32,000 nucleotides of DNA, taken from NCBI RefSeq assembly GCF_001997385.1, contig NZ_CP019633.1:1350001-1382000 (forward strand). The letters run 5' to 3'. The position numbers and the translations under genes were made by a program. The stretch comes from Sedimentisphaera cyanobacteriorum (lineage in GTDB: Bacteria > Planctomycetota > Phycisphaerae > Sedimentisphaerales > Sedimentisphaeraceae). This document shows, piece by piece, positions 6,523-14,338 of the stretch. Each line of letters starts with the position of its first letter. Position 1 is the stretch's first letter. Under the pieces are notes generated by a model. It had not been told where the DNA came from. It saw only the letters and a list, made by a program, of their open reading frames with translations, and did no database searches.

Positions 6523-7494
6523 CTAAATCATTCCCTCACGCTTTACCTTCTCCACGAGCTTTTCTTTGCGTCGTTCATACGCCTTAACGATATTCTGCAC
6601 GAGATTATGGCGTACGATATCGTTTCTTGAAAGCTCGCAGCAGCCGACGCCGTGAACATCGCTGAGCGTTTCGATTGCATCTGAGAGCCCGCTCTTGTTC
6701 CTCGCCTCGAGGTCCACCTGCGTAAGGTCGCCTGTAACGATCATCTTCGAATCCCTGCCCAGCCTCGTGAGAAACATCATCATCTGTGAAGGCGTTGTAT
6801 TCTGCGCCTCATCGCAGATAACAACCGCCTCGTTGAGCGTTCTTCCCCGCATAAAGGCCAGCGGAATAATCTCAATTACATCAAGGCTCATCAGCTTGCG
6901 CATCTGTCCGTATTCCATGAGGTCTTCAAGGCTGTCGAAGAGGGGACGAAGATAGGGATTTACCTTCGCCTCAATATCGCCCGGGAGAAAGCCGAGCTTC
7001 TCGCCGGCCTCTACAGCAGGACGAACAAGCACAATCTTGCGAATCTGCTGCTTTTTCAGCATAGAAACCGCCATAGCCACAGCGAGATACGTTTTCCCCG
7101 TACCTGCCGGGCCGGTGCAGAAGGTCAGATCGTTCTCGAGCATCTGCTTCAAGTAGTCCGCTTGGCCGTCTGTAAACGGCTCTACAACTGACTTATGTGA
7201 ATAAACCTCGATTGAATAGGCTGAAGGGTCGAGATCTGTTTTCGAAACCTGAGTAATTATATTTCGTGCCTCCTCCGGGCTTATTCCCTTGCGCTTTTGG
7301 CCGGCCTTCTCAAGCCTTTCTACTACCTTAGCTGCCTTGGCGCAATTATCCGAATCGCCAGAAATCTTAACTTCTTCGCCCCTTGCACTTATACGAACAT
7401 CAAACGCTTTGCGAATTTGCCGCAGATATTCATCGGCAGGGCCGAATACAAGAGAGGCAATGCTTTCAGAGGCAAGCGTTATCTTTTTTTCCAA
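6523..7494 (-). CDS. phoH: PhoH-family ATPase (PhoH/YbeZ)
   Basis: Walker A GPAGTGKTYLAVAMAV, then RPAVEAGEKLGFLPGD, FMRGRTL, DEAQN and the C-terminal ...DIVRHNLVQNIVKAY. Confidence 0.9.
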   Translation of the reverse strand: MEKKITLASESIASLVFGPADEYLRQIRKAFDVRISARGEEVKISGDSDNCAKAAKVVERLEKAGQKRKGISPEEARNIITQVSKTDLDPSAYSIEVYSHKSVVEPFTDGQADYLKQMLENDLTFCTGPAGTGKTYLAVAMAVSMLKKQQIRKIVLVRPAVEAGEKLGFLPGDIEAKVNPYLRPLFDSLEDLMEYGQMRKLMSLDVIEIIPLAFMRGRTLNEAVVICDEAQNTTPSQMMMFLTRLGRDSKMIVTGDLTQVDLEARNKSGLSDAIETLSDVHGVGCCELSRNDIVRHNLVQNIVKAYERRKEKLVEKVKREGMI

Positions 7495-7539
7495 TTTAAA
7501 ACTGAACCTTTCATTCCAAGAAAAGTAAACAAGTCTGCA

Positions 7540-7568
7540 ATTCTATACGGAGTTAGCTGTTTTTTCAA
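7540..7568 (-). promoter_or_regulatory. Sigma70-like promoter upstream of phoH
   Basis: On the minus strand: TTGAAA (plus 7563-7568), a 17-nt spacer, then TAGAAT (plus 7540-7545). Confidence 0.35.
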
Positions 7569-7577
7569 CCAAAATTT

Positions 7578-8480
7578 TTAATCGCTTATCTTAGCGTCAT
7601 TCAGACGCCAGTCGAAGTAGGAATATTTAACATCGAATTCGGGATTTTTATAAACAACCCAGTTCGAATCGGGCTTGCTGATAAAGATAAAATTCAGTAT
7701 GCCCCTTATGGATTCGTCTCTGGCTTTCAAACGAGTTCTTGTGAAGTAATGCTCGCGGAAATATTCAGATTTCTCTTTGAAAAGCCTTGAAATCGCAAGC
7801 TCTTTTTCCTTATGGTCCGGGGCAACAAAGTCTTTTCGAAGGAGGGTTTGCTTTACCTGCTCATCGAGCATTTTCTCGAGCCTGAAGCCGGTATATGGCT
7901 CATTGCGGAGCCTCGGCGAGCTCACGGCAGCCTGAGAAAGGGCAAGAAGCACCTTAGGGTCGCCGTAAACATCAACCGCATTCTTCTCCATATCGCTGAG
8001 GTTGTATTCATTGCCCATAATCGCATAATATTTGTCTTCAAATGGATCATCAATCTGCATTATGCTCTCTGCAGGATAAAAAATCATCTTGATTCTGGAC
8101 GCCTCTATTGGGTAATGATCGAATACGGTTTTTATAACACAAACATTATAGGCATTTATCCAAAAAGCAGACTTCTGGTCATCCTCCCAAACGAGAAAAT
8201 CTTCCACCTCAAGCCTCCTCATCCACCTCAAAACATCTAAGATGTCGTTTTTCTGCCTTCTAACCTTAGCATAATCCACCTCACCCCTGCTGTTTACAAA
8301 CGAAGGCTTGAGCACCTTTCCGAACATCTCGTTCGGCCCGGGTTCTTCGGGCTTTTCGGCCTGCAGCCGGTTTAAAGAGTTGGGGTCTTTAGGGGGCTCT
8401 TCCTGTCCAGCTGCCTGCAGAAAGGAAACCAGCAGAATAATTATTGAAAGAATTTTAAAATTTATAAATTTCATCATCAC
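7578..8480 (-). CDS. Secreted DUF547-domain protein
   Basis: N-terminal signal-like MMMKFINFKILSIIILLVSFLQAAG. The core ...SAFWINAYNVCVIKTVFDHYP... and ...LSQAAVSSPRLRNEPYT... are characteristic of DUF547. Confidence 0.7.
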   Translation of the reverse strand: MMMKFINFKILSIIILLVSFLQAAGQEEPPKDPNSLNRLQAEKPEEPGPNEMFGKVLKPSFVNSRGEVDYAKVRRQKNDILDVLRWMRRLEVEDFLVWEDDQKSAFWINAYNVCVIKTVFDHYPIEASRIKMIFYPAESIMQIDDPFEDKYYAIMGNEYNLSDMEKNAVDVYGDPKVLLALSQAAVSSPRLRNEPYTGFRLEKMLDEQVKQTLLRKDFVAPDHKEKELAISRLFKEKSEYFREHYFTRTRLKARDESIRGILNFIFISKPDSNWVVYKNPEFDVKYSYFDWRLNDAKISD

Positions 8481-8545
8481 CAGATTTTAGGAAAACCTCA
8501 AATCTTTACAACCCGTTTTCGCATTAGATTTGAATACAGATTGTG

Positions 8546-8980
8546 TTATTCGGTTTTGTCTTTCTTCTTGTTCTTCCTTTTCTTACGCCCGCGGTCAGTA
8601 AGATTGTTCTCAAATTTCACTTTCATATACTCTCGAAGCTCCTCGTCGTTCTTGAAATGCAGCTCGTAGCCGTATTCATCCTGATTGAACTCGCAGGATT
8701 CTGAATCGAAATTGCGGCAAATCTGCGGCCTGTTTTTGTAGTTCAGGCACATACTCGTTTCCGGGCACAGATACCTGCAAGGCGTGCTGAAGCTCACATA
8801 CCACTGACCTTCTTCTACGAAAACGCTGACATTTTCATGGCAGAGATACCAACTTATATCATCGAAATCCTTTTCGGTTTCGGGGTTGTCTATAGGCAGA
8901 GCTATGTATCTGCAGCAAAGCCCGTCGCAGTTTTTGCAGCTCTCATCCATATCATCGGGCTTTTGGTTCTTTTTTCCCAT
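8546..8980 (-). CDS. YkgJ/UPF0153-family Cys-cluster (Fe-S/Zn) protein with a Lys-rich C-terminal tail
   Basis: CKNCDGLCCRY (the CxxCxxCC signature) plus later Cys residues (CRYLC, CLNYKNRPQICRNFDSESC). I prefer the start at internal Met 29 of the track ORF, which has GAGGA upstream. The TTG start at 9064 adds an implausible N-terminus. Confidence 0.7.
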   Translation of the reverse strand: MGKKNQKPDDMDESCKNCDGLCCRYIALPIDNPETEKDFDDISWYLCHENVSVFVEEGQWYVSFSTPCRYLCPETSMCLNYKNRPQICRNFDSESCEFNQDEYGYELHFKNDEELREYMKVKFENNLTDRGRKKRKNKKKDKTE

Positions 8981-9109
8981 TATATTTTCCTCAGATGCAT
9001 TTATAACAAGCTTAAATTTCAGTAGGTAAAGAAAAAAATTACGACCGTTTGAAATTATGAACAAATTCTGCTAAAATCAAGTACAAACAGGAAGACTTGG
9101 ATTATTAAC

Positions 9110-9140
9110 TTGAATTTTGTTATTCTAACAATTAGAATAA
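9110..9140 (+). promoter_or_regulatory. Promoter with an overlapping perfect palindromic operator, upstream of the secretin-like operon
   Basis: TTGAAT (9110-9115), a 17-nt spacer, then TAGAAT (9133-9138). The perfect inverted repeat TTATTCTAA-CAA-TTAGAATAA (9120-9140) covers the spacer and the -10. Confidence 0.45.
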
Positions 9141-9202
9141 GTTGGCTTGAAACGGATTTCAGGCGTGTTTAATATTTTATTTCGCTTTGAAGGGTTCAAA
9201 TT

Positions 9203-10744
9203 TTGACTTCGAGGCTCATTTTCATTTTATCTGCGGCGATATTCATAACAGGCTGCGGAAGCGAAGGTTTCATAACAGACGATGCTACAGAGTTCGAGGC
9301 TAAGGTACTTCTGGAAGAAGCCTCACGCATTGAAGCAGATTCTTCTGTAAAAAACCATTTGCCTGATATTTACGAACAAGAACCGAAGATAATTGAGACC
9401 TCTTCGGGCACAAAGGTGGTTTATTTCACGAAAAATCAGCCGCCTAACGTACTCGCCGGCCTTCTTAAAAATCAGCTTAAATGCTCGGCAAACCCCTCCA
9501 GCACAACCAACCAGATTATCATAAGCTGCAAAAACAAAGCGCAGGCTGAAGAAGCAATCAGTTTTCTCAACAGTGTTGACGTGCTGCCTGTGCAGATAAA
9601 GATAAGCTGCATGCTTATTGAGCATTACGCAGACCTTACAATGGACAGGGAAACCACTGTACATATTGGCGAGCTGTTCGGTACAGATATCACGCTAAGC
9701 GGAAAGCAAAAAGGCGGGAAATACAGTGATTATCTCCCTAACTTCCCGGGCGCTTTACTCCGCGAGCCGGACAGGGCTGATCTTAGTCTCGATCTGGGTT
9801 TTGAAGACGGGAATATAGGTGATACCGATTTTGTGCGTGTGGTAGTGGATATGCTTGAGTCAAGGGGGTATCTCAAGGTAATGATGAACCCCGAGCTTGA
9901 GGTGGTTTCAGGCCAGAAAGCTACCTTCAAATCACGTGAGCAGGTGCCCACTATCCGCGTTATAACCGAAAGAAACAGGGACCCTTATAACCTCACTGAA
10001 TATATCTGGGTTGAAGACTATCTGGAGGTTGTCCCGCATCTTTATGCAGACGGAACTATCGGCATAAAAACAAAGGTGCTTATGGGCTCAAAATCAACGC
10101 CTGAAGGTGTTGTTCAGCAGAGAATTATCTCCAGGAAGGGTATTGATATTGGCGAAAATCGCGTCAAACCAGGACAGAGCCTCATCATAGGCGGTTTCAA
10201 AAAGGCTGAGAAGGTTTCTGTAATCAGAGGCTTTCCGTTCCTCAAAGATATTCCGGCTGTAGGGCTTTTATTCTCGAGTAAAGATTTTGAAGAAAGGGCA
10301 AAGGAGATTACATTTATCATAACTCCTTCCATTTCAAGCCATGGAGAGCCTTACGACGAGATGCTCAAAAAGGTTAGAGCTCAGCTCGACGACCATGTAA
10401 CCGATTCAGAGATTACCAGAATCATCGAACGGATGATGATCGATCCTTTCCAGAATGAGATGCATAAAAGAGAGGTTAAATCGCGCAAGGATGAAGAAGA
10501 GCTCAAGAAGGTTAAGGCGGAAATAAACCTTGCCAATCGCTCACGAGAGCTCAAGAAACTGCGTAATCAGCTTAACGAGCTTAAGAGAAGGCTTGAATTC
10601 GAGAAGTCTCAGGCCTCAAATGCGCAGAAGTCCGCTGAAGAATACCAGAAAGAAATCGAAAAGGTTGAAAAAATTACCGAAAAGCTCGAAAAGACAATCA
10701 ATCCCGATAAGAAGCAGAATTCTAAGCAGGGAGGGAAGAAATGA
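9203..10744 (+). CDS. Secretin-like outer-membrane lipoprotein, paralog 1, with a coiled-coil C-terminal extension
   Basis: TTG start with GAAGGG upstream and lipobox ...AAIFITGCGS. The N-domain is NolW-like (VVYFTKNQPPNVLAGLL...IIISCKNKAQAEEAISFLNSVDVLPVQIKISCMLIE). The secretin core is GYLKVMMNPELEVVSGQKATF...IIGGFKK...VIRGFPFLKDIPAVGLLFSSK...EITFIITPSI. A charged heptad-like tail of about 135 aa follows. Confidence 0.7.
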   Translation: MTSRLIFILSAAIFITGCGSEGFITDDATEFEAKVLLEEASRIEADSSVKNHLPDIYEQEPKIIETSSGTKVVYFTKNQPPNVLAGLLKNQLKCSANPSSTTNQIIISCKNKAQAEEAISFLNSVDVLPVQIKISCMLIEHYADLTMDRETTVHIGELFGTDITLSGKQKGGKYSDYLPNFPGALLREPDRADLSLDLGFEDGNIGDTDFVRVVVDMLESRGYLKVMMNPELEVVSGQKATFKSREQVPTIRVITERNRDPYNLTEYIWVEDYLEVVPHLYADGTIGIKTKVLMGSKSTPEGVVQQRIISRKGIDIGENRVKPGQSLIIGGFKKAEKVSVIRGFPFLKDIPAVGLLFSSKDFEERAKEITFIITPSISSHGEPYDEMLKKVRAQLDDHVTDSEITRIIERMMIDPFQNEMHKREVKSRKDEEELKKVKAEINLANRSRELKKLRNQLNELKRRLEFEKSQASNAQKSAEEYQKEIEKVEKITEKLEKTINPDKKQNSKQGGKK

Positions 10745-12435
10745 GAATCAGTAATTCCGCCCTCACAATTTTCACTGTTCTTTTCTCAGCGTTACTGCTT
10801 ATCGGCTGCGGCGAGGTTCTCGACGAAAAGAAAACCGAAATCGAAGCAAAGAGGCTGCTCGAAGCAGCATCAGAGATAAGAAAGGACTTAGAGGTTGACC
10901 GTCCTGTACCTGAAAGGATCACCTCAGATACCGAGATTCAAAAGACCTCTCAGGGCGTAAAGCTTTTCTACTACACAAAAAATCATTCACCGCAATATGT
11001 AGAAAATATGCTGAAAAAGGAATTCAAGGTGGGAACTGCCCGCCTGGACTCTGCCAATCAGCTTATTATATCCTGCGGGAATGAGAAGCTCGCCAATGAG
11101 ATACTCGATTTTCTGAAATTAATCGACATCCCTCCTATTCAGGTTCGCATAAACTGCGTTATAGCGGAGAATTACGCGGACCTTACGATGGACAAAGAAA
11201 CGAGAGTGGAAGTTGAAGAAGTATTCAGCTCTGATGTAGCTATGACGCCTAAAGGTGATGGACCCAGCTTCCCGGGAGCCTCTATAAGAGAAACCGAACG
11301 CTCTGATATGGGTATGGAACTCGGATATTCCTACTCCGAAAACGGAGAGAAGGTTGAAACTCTTGTAGATATGCTCGTATCGAGGGGGTATTTCAAGGTG
11401 CTTCTAAACCCGACAGTGGAAACTCTCGTTGGAGAGCCGGCTCAGGTAACATCTTCAGAGCGAGTACCGATAACTAAGATTGTAACGAAAAATAACATAC
11501 AGCCTTATCAGGAAACAGAATACATCTGGATAGAGGACAAGCTGAAAGTAACTCCGTATGTTTATCAGAACGGTACTATAGGACTTAAAACTGAGATCTC
11601 CATAGGCTCCAAATCTACGCCGGAAGGCGTGGTGCAGAGGCCTGTTATAACAGAAAAAAAGGCAACATTTAGCGAAAACCGCATAAGAATCGGCGAGAGC
11701 CTCATTATCGGAGGCTTCAGGAAGATGGAAAATTCTGCTGTAACAAGGGGGTATCCATTCCTCAAGGACCTTCCGTTTATAGGAATGTTTTTCTCAGGCG
11801 ATGATTACGAACAGCGTGCCAAGGAAATCACAATCATCCTTACACCGAGCATTTCGGGTAATGGTAGGCCCTATGAAGAAACAATGGACTGGGCAGAAAA
11901 TAAGCTTGAGAGCCGCGTAAAGGATAAGGATCTCTCCGAGATCATTGGCGAAACATTCACAAGCCCGCTGGGCACAGAAAGCCAGTACACTGAAAAACTC
12001 GAAAAAGACGCTGCTGAACAGGCTATCAGCAGAATAAAAACTGAAATTGACATAAACGAAACCGAACGAGAACTGAAAAGGCTGAAAGATCAGGTTCAGC
12101 AGCTCGAAACTAAGCTTAATGACCAGAAGCTTAAATCACAAGAAGCCAAAAAGGTTAATGCTGAATACAAAAATAAGCTGAATCAGCTCAAACAGCTCCA
12201 AGACAAGCTTCAAAAACACCTTGAAGACCAGAAAGCAAAGGCAAGAAAAGCGCAGCAGCAGAAAGAAGCGGCTCAAAAGAAGGCACAGCAGCAGAAAAAA
12301 GAGGTAGCAGCAGAGAAAAAACAGGCTCAGACAAATAAGCAGCAGGCAGAAAAACCTGCTGAAAAGAAAGAGCCCAATGCTGGAAAAAACAATAACAAAC
12401 AAAAACAAAAGAACAATTCCAGCGAAAAGAAATAA
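10741..12435 (+). CDS. Secretin-like outer-membrane lipoprotein, paralog 2, with a long coiled-coil and Lys/Gln-rich tail
   Basis: The ATG overlaps the upstream stop (ATGA, 10741-10744). Lipobox is ...ALLLIGCGE. It is collinear with paralog 1 throughout (GYFKVLLNPTVETLVGEPAQV...IIGGFRK...VTRGYPFLKDLPFIGMFFSGD...EITIILTPSI). The tail of about 185 aa ends ...KAKARKAQQQKEAAQKKAQQQKKEVAAEKKQAQTNKQQAEKPAEKK...NNNKQKQKNNSSEKK. Confidence 0.7.
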   Translation: MRISNSALTIFTVLFSALLLIGCGEVLDEKKTEIEAKRLLEAASEIRKDLEVDRPVPERITSDTEIQKTSQGVKLFYYTKNHSPQYVENMLKKEFKVGTARLDSANQLIISCGNEKLANEILDFLKLIDIPPIQVRINCVIAENYADLTMDKETRVEVEEVFSSDVAMTPKGDGPSFPGASIRETERSDMGMELGYSYSENGEKVETLVDMLVSRGYFKVLLNPTVETLVGEPAQVTSSERVPITKIVTKNNIQPYQETEYIWIEDKLKVTPYVYQNGTIGLKTEISIGSKSTPEGVVQRPVITEKKATFSENRIRIGESLIIGGFRKMENSAVTRGYPFLKDLPFIGMFFSGDDYEQRAKEITIILTPSISGNGRPYEETMDWAENKLESRVKDKDLSEIIGETFTSPLGTESQYTEKLEKDAAEQAISRIKTEIDINETERELKRLKDQVQQLETKLNDQKLKSQEAKKVNAEYKNKLNQLKQLQDKLQKHLEDQKAKARKAQQQKEAAQKKAQQQKKEVAAEKKQAQTNKQQAEKPAEKKEPNAGKNNNKQKQKNNSSEKK

Positions 12436-12453
12436 AAACTACTGCGTAGTAAA

Positions 12454-12490
12454 AAATCTGAAACATTACTCAATTGTTTCAGATTTTTAT
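12454..12490 (+). terminator. Rho-independent terminator of the secretin-like operon
   Basis: AAATCTGAAACA (12454-12465) / TGTTTCAGATTT (12475-12486) forms a 12-bp perfect stem with a 9-nt loop and runs into TTTTTATT. It lies 19 nt after the stop codon. Confidence 0.75.
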
Positions 12491-12537
12491 TCTCAGAACT
12501 AAAAACTTTGAGCAGAGTTTTCTGATGGAGCGTTCAA

Positions 12538-14226
12538 ATGATTAAATTAATTAAGCTTGGTCTGTTTTTATTGCCAGTACTTCTTCTTGCAGGCTGCAGG
12601 GAGAGCTGGCTTGAAGATTCGCATGACCCTCTTTTTTTCACGTCCAAGCCGAAAGTTGTTCATAATCCAAATGAATCTGTGCCCCTGGCAGCGGTTCTAA
12701 AATTCGAAACCAACCATCCTGTTACTTCACGCGTTTTTTTGAGCGACGGTGAATGTCAGCGGGAAATAATATTCGAAAACGACCAGACATATCGAAAAAG
12801 CCTTCCGATAGTGCAGCTTTGCCCGGACAGAAATTACACCCTCGTTATTGAAGCGCAGGACAAGATCGGCCAGAAAATTAATTCCAAAGTGATGGAGTTT
12901 CAAAGTCCAGCGCTGCCTGAAGGCAATCAAAAATTTCCTGAAATAACTAATCAGGTATTTGATGAGTATGCCGTTGAGCCCGGTTTTATAATGTTCAATC
13001 CCAGAAGAAGAATACCAGCAAAATCCAAGGAGGCTGAAGGAAGCGAAAGGAAGGATTTTAATCAAAATTTCGGCCTTCTAACCGCAGTGAATACTGAAGG
13101 CGAACTGGTATGGTATTATAAGGCCGACTCACGTATCAGTGATTTCAGATTCATCGAGAACGGCCATATTATCTATATCACTCAGGATAACCGTCTCGTG
13201 GAGATAGACCTCTTGGGCAATATTGTAAATCATTGGTATGCTAAGGGCAGGCCTGAAGGCGAGGGCAAAGGTGTTCCTGTGGATACACTCACATTCCATC
13301 ACAGCGTTAAACAGCTTGAGAACGGGCATTTCCTGATACTCGGAACAGACCGGCGCAGGATTGATAAGTACTACACAAGCTCGAAGAACCCCGATGCCCC
13401 ACGAAAGCCACAGTGGGTTATGGGCGATGAGATAATCGAGTTCGACCGCTGGGGGAAAGTGCATTGGAGGTGGAACGCTTTCGAGCATCTCGACCCGTAT
13501 CGGATAGGCTATATGACATTCAGCGGCTACTGGAAACGCAGAGGCTGGCCGGATACGATAGACTGGAGCCATGCCAACAGCGTGAGCTATATTCCAGAAG
13601 ATGATGCGTTTCTGTGCAATATGCGACATCAAAGCGCAATCTTGAAAATAGACAAAACATCCAAAGATATTGAGTGGATCGCAGGCGAGCCCAGCGGCTG
13701 GCCGAAAGAGCTTCAGGGCAAGCTGCTCGAGCTAAAGGGAACAGAAAGATGGTTCTGGCATCAGCACGCTCCGGAGTTTACTCCAGAAGGCACTCTGCTT
13801 CTGTTTAACAACGACAACTTTAGAGCAAGACCTTTTGAAGAGCCTGCCCCGCCGGCAGAAATAAGAAGCTGCGCTCAGGAGTACAGAATCGATGAGGACA
13901 ACAAGACTATAACGAAGATCTGGTCCTCAAGGAAGGCCGATGACGAGGTTCTGCCAAGCTTCGCTATGGGAAGCGCAAAACTGATGCCCAAAACTGGGAA
14001 TGTGCTTGCCGGATTCGGGTTTATGTTTCGCCAAGAAGACCTCAGCGAGGCCTCTTGGGACACGCGCAGGCAGTATATAGGAACAACTCAGATTCGTGAA
14101 TATACCCGCAGGCCGGAAACCAGACTGGTGCGCAAGATTACTCTTACTGCAAGAGACAGCAGCAGCGAAATCGGCTGGACTCTTTATGGTGCGAGGAATA
14201 TCAAGAGCCTTTACAAAGGTAAATAA
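12538..14226 (+). CDS. Arylsulfotransferase (ASST)-like beta-propeller lipoprotein
   Basis: Lipobox LLLAGCRES. The N-terminal Ig-like part (VVHNPNESVPLAAVLKFETNHPVTSRVF) is followed by propeller-like repeats with His motifs (TFHHSV, DWSHANSV, WFWHQHAPEF). These resemble the ASST family. Confidence 0.55.
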   Translation: MIKLIKLGLFLLPVLLLAGCRESWLEDSHDPLFFTSKPKVVHNPNESVPLAAVLKFETNHPVTSRVFLSDGECQREIIFENDQTYRKSLPIVQLCPDRNYTLVIEAQDKIGQKINSKVMEFQSPALPEGNQKFPEITNQVFDEYAVEPGFIMFNPRRRIPAKSKEAEGSERKDFNQNFGLLTAVNTEGELVWYYKADSRISDFRFIENGHIIYITQDNRLVEIDLLGNIVNHWYAKGRPEGEGKGVPVDTLTFHHSVKQLENGHFLILGTDRRRIDKYYTSSKNPDAPRKPQWVMGDEIIEFDRWGKVHWRWNAFEHLDPYRIGYMTFSGYWKRRGWPDTIDWSHANSVSYIPEDDAFLCNMRHQSAILKIDKTSKDIEWIAGEPSGWPKELQGKLLELKGTERWFWHQHAPEFTPEGTLLLFNNDNFRARPFEEPAPPAEIRSCAQEYRIDEDNKTITKIWSSRKADDEVLPSFAMGSAKLMPKTGNVLAGFGFMFRQEDLSEASWDTRRQYIGTTQIREYTRRPETRLVRKITLTARDSSSEIGWTLYGARNIKSLYKGK

Positions 14227-14302
14227 CACCCTGAAAATGCTTTACAGGCGGTGAATAGTTAGAAAAAACGCCACACGCCGCTTACTGCTCGCTGCTCGCA
14301 AA

Positions 14303-14331
14303 TTGCCTTGCGGGGATAAGCCTGTTATAAT
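14303..14331 (+). promoter_or_regulatory. Sigma70-like promoter positioned for a leaderless or near-leaderless rarA mRNA
   Basis: TTGCCT (14303-14308), a 17-nt spacer, then consensus TATAAT (14326-14331). Only 7 nt separate the -10 from ATG 14339, and there is no Shine-Dalgarno sequence. Confidence 0.35.
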
Positions 14332-14338
14332 CTGGGCT

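Noticed and set aside
8981-9064. TTG-initiated 28-aa N-terminal extension of the YkgJ-type gene
   Set aside because: The extension has no signal-peptide logic and no RBS. The internal ATG has GAGGA upstream. My character-level reading of the line around 8941-9001 disagreed by one base with the ORF track, so I used track-derived coordinates there.
12136-12466. Two antisense ORFs (12136-12408, 12188-12466) with Phe/Leu/Cys-rich 'membrane-like' translations
   Set aside because: They are the reverse complement of the Lys/Gln/Glu-rich tail of the second secretin-like gene. A low-complexity mirror image is not evidence for a gene.
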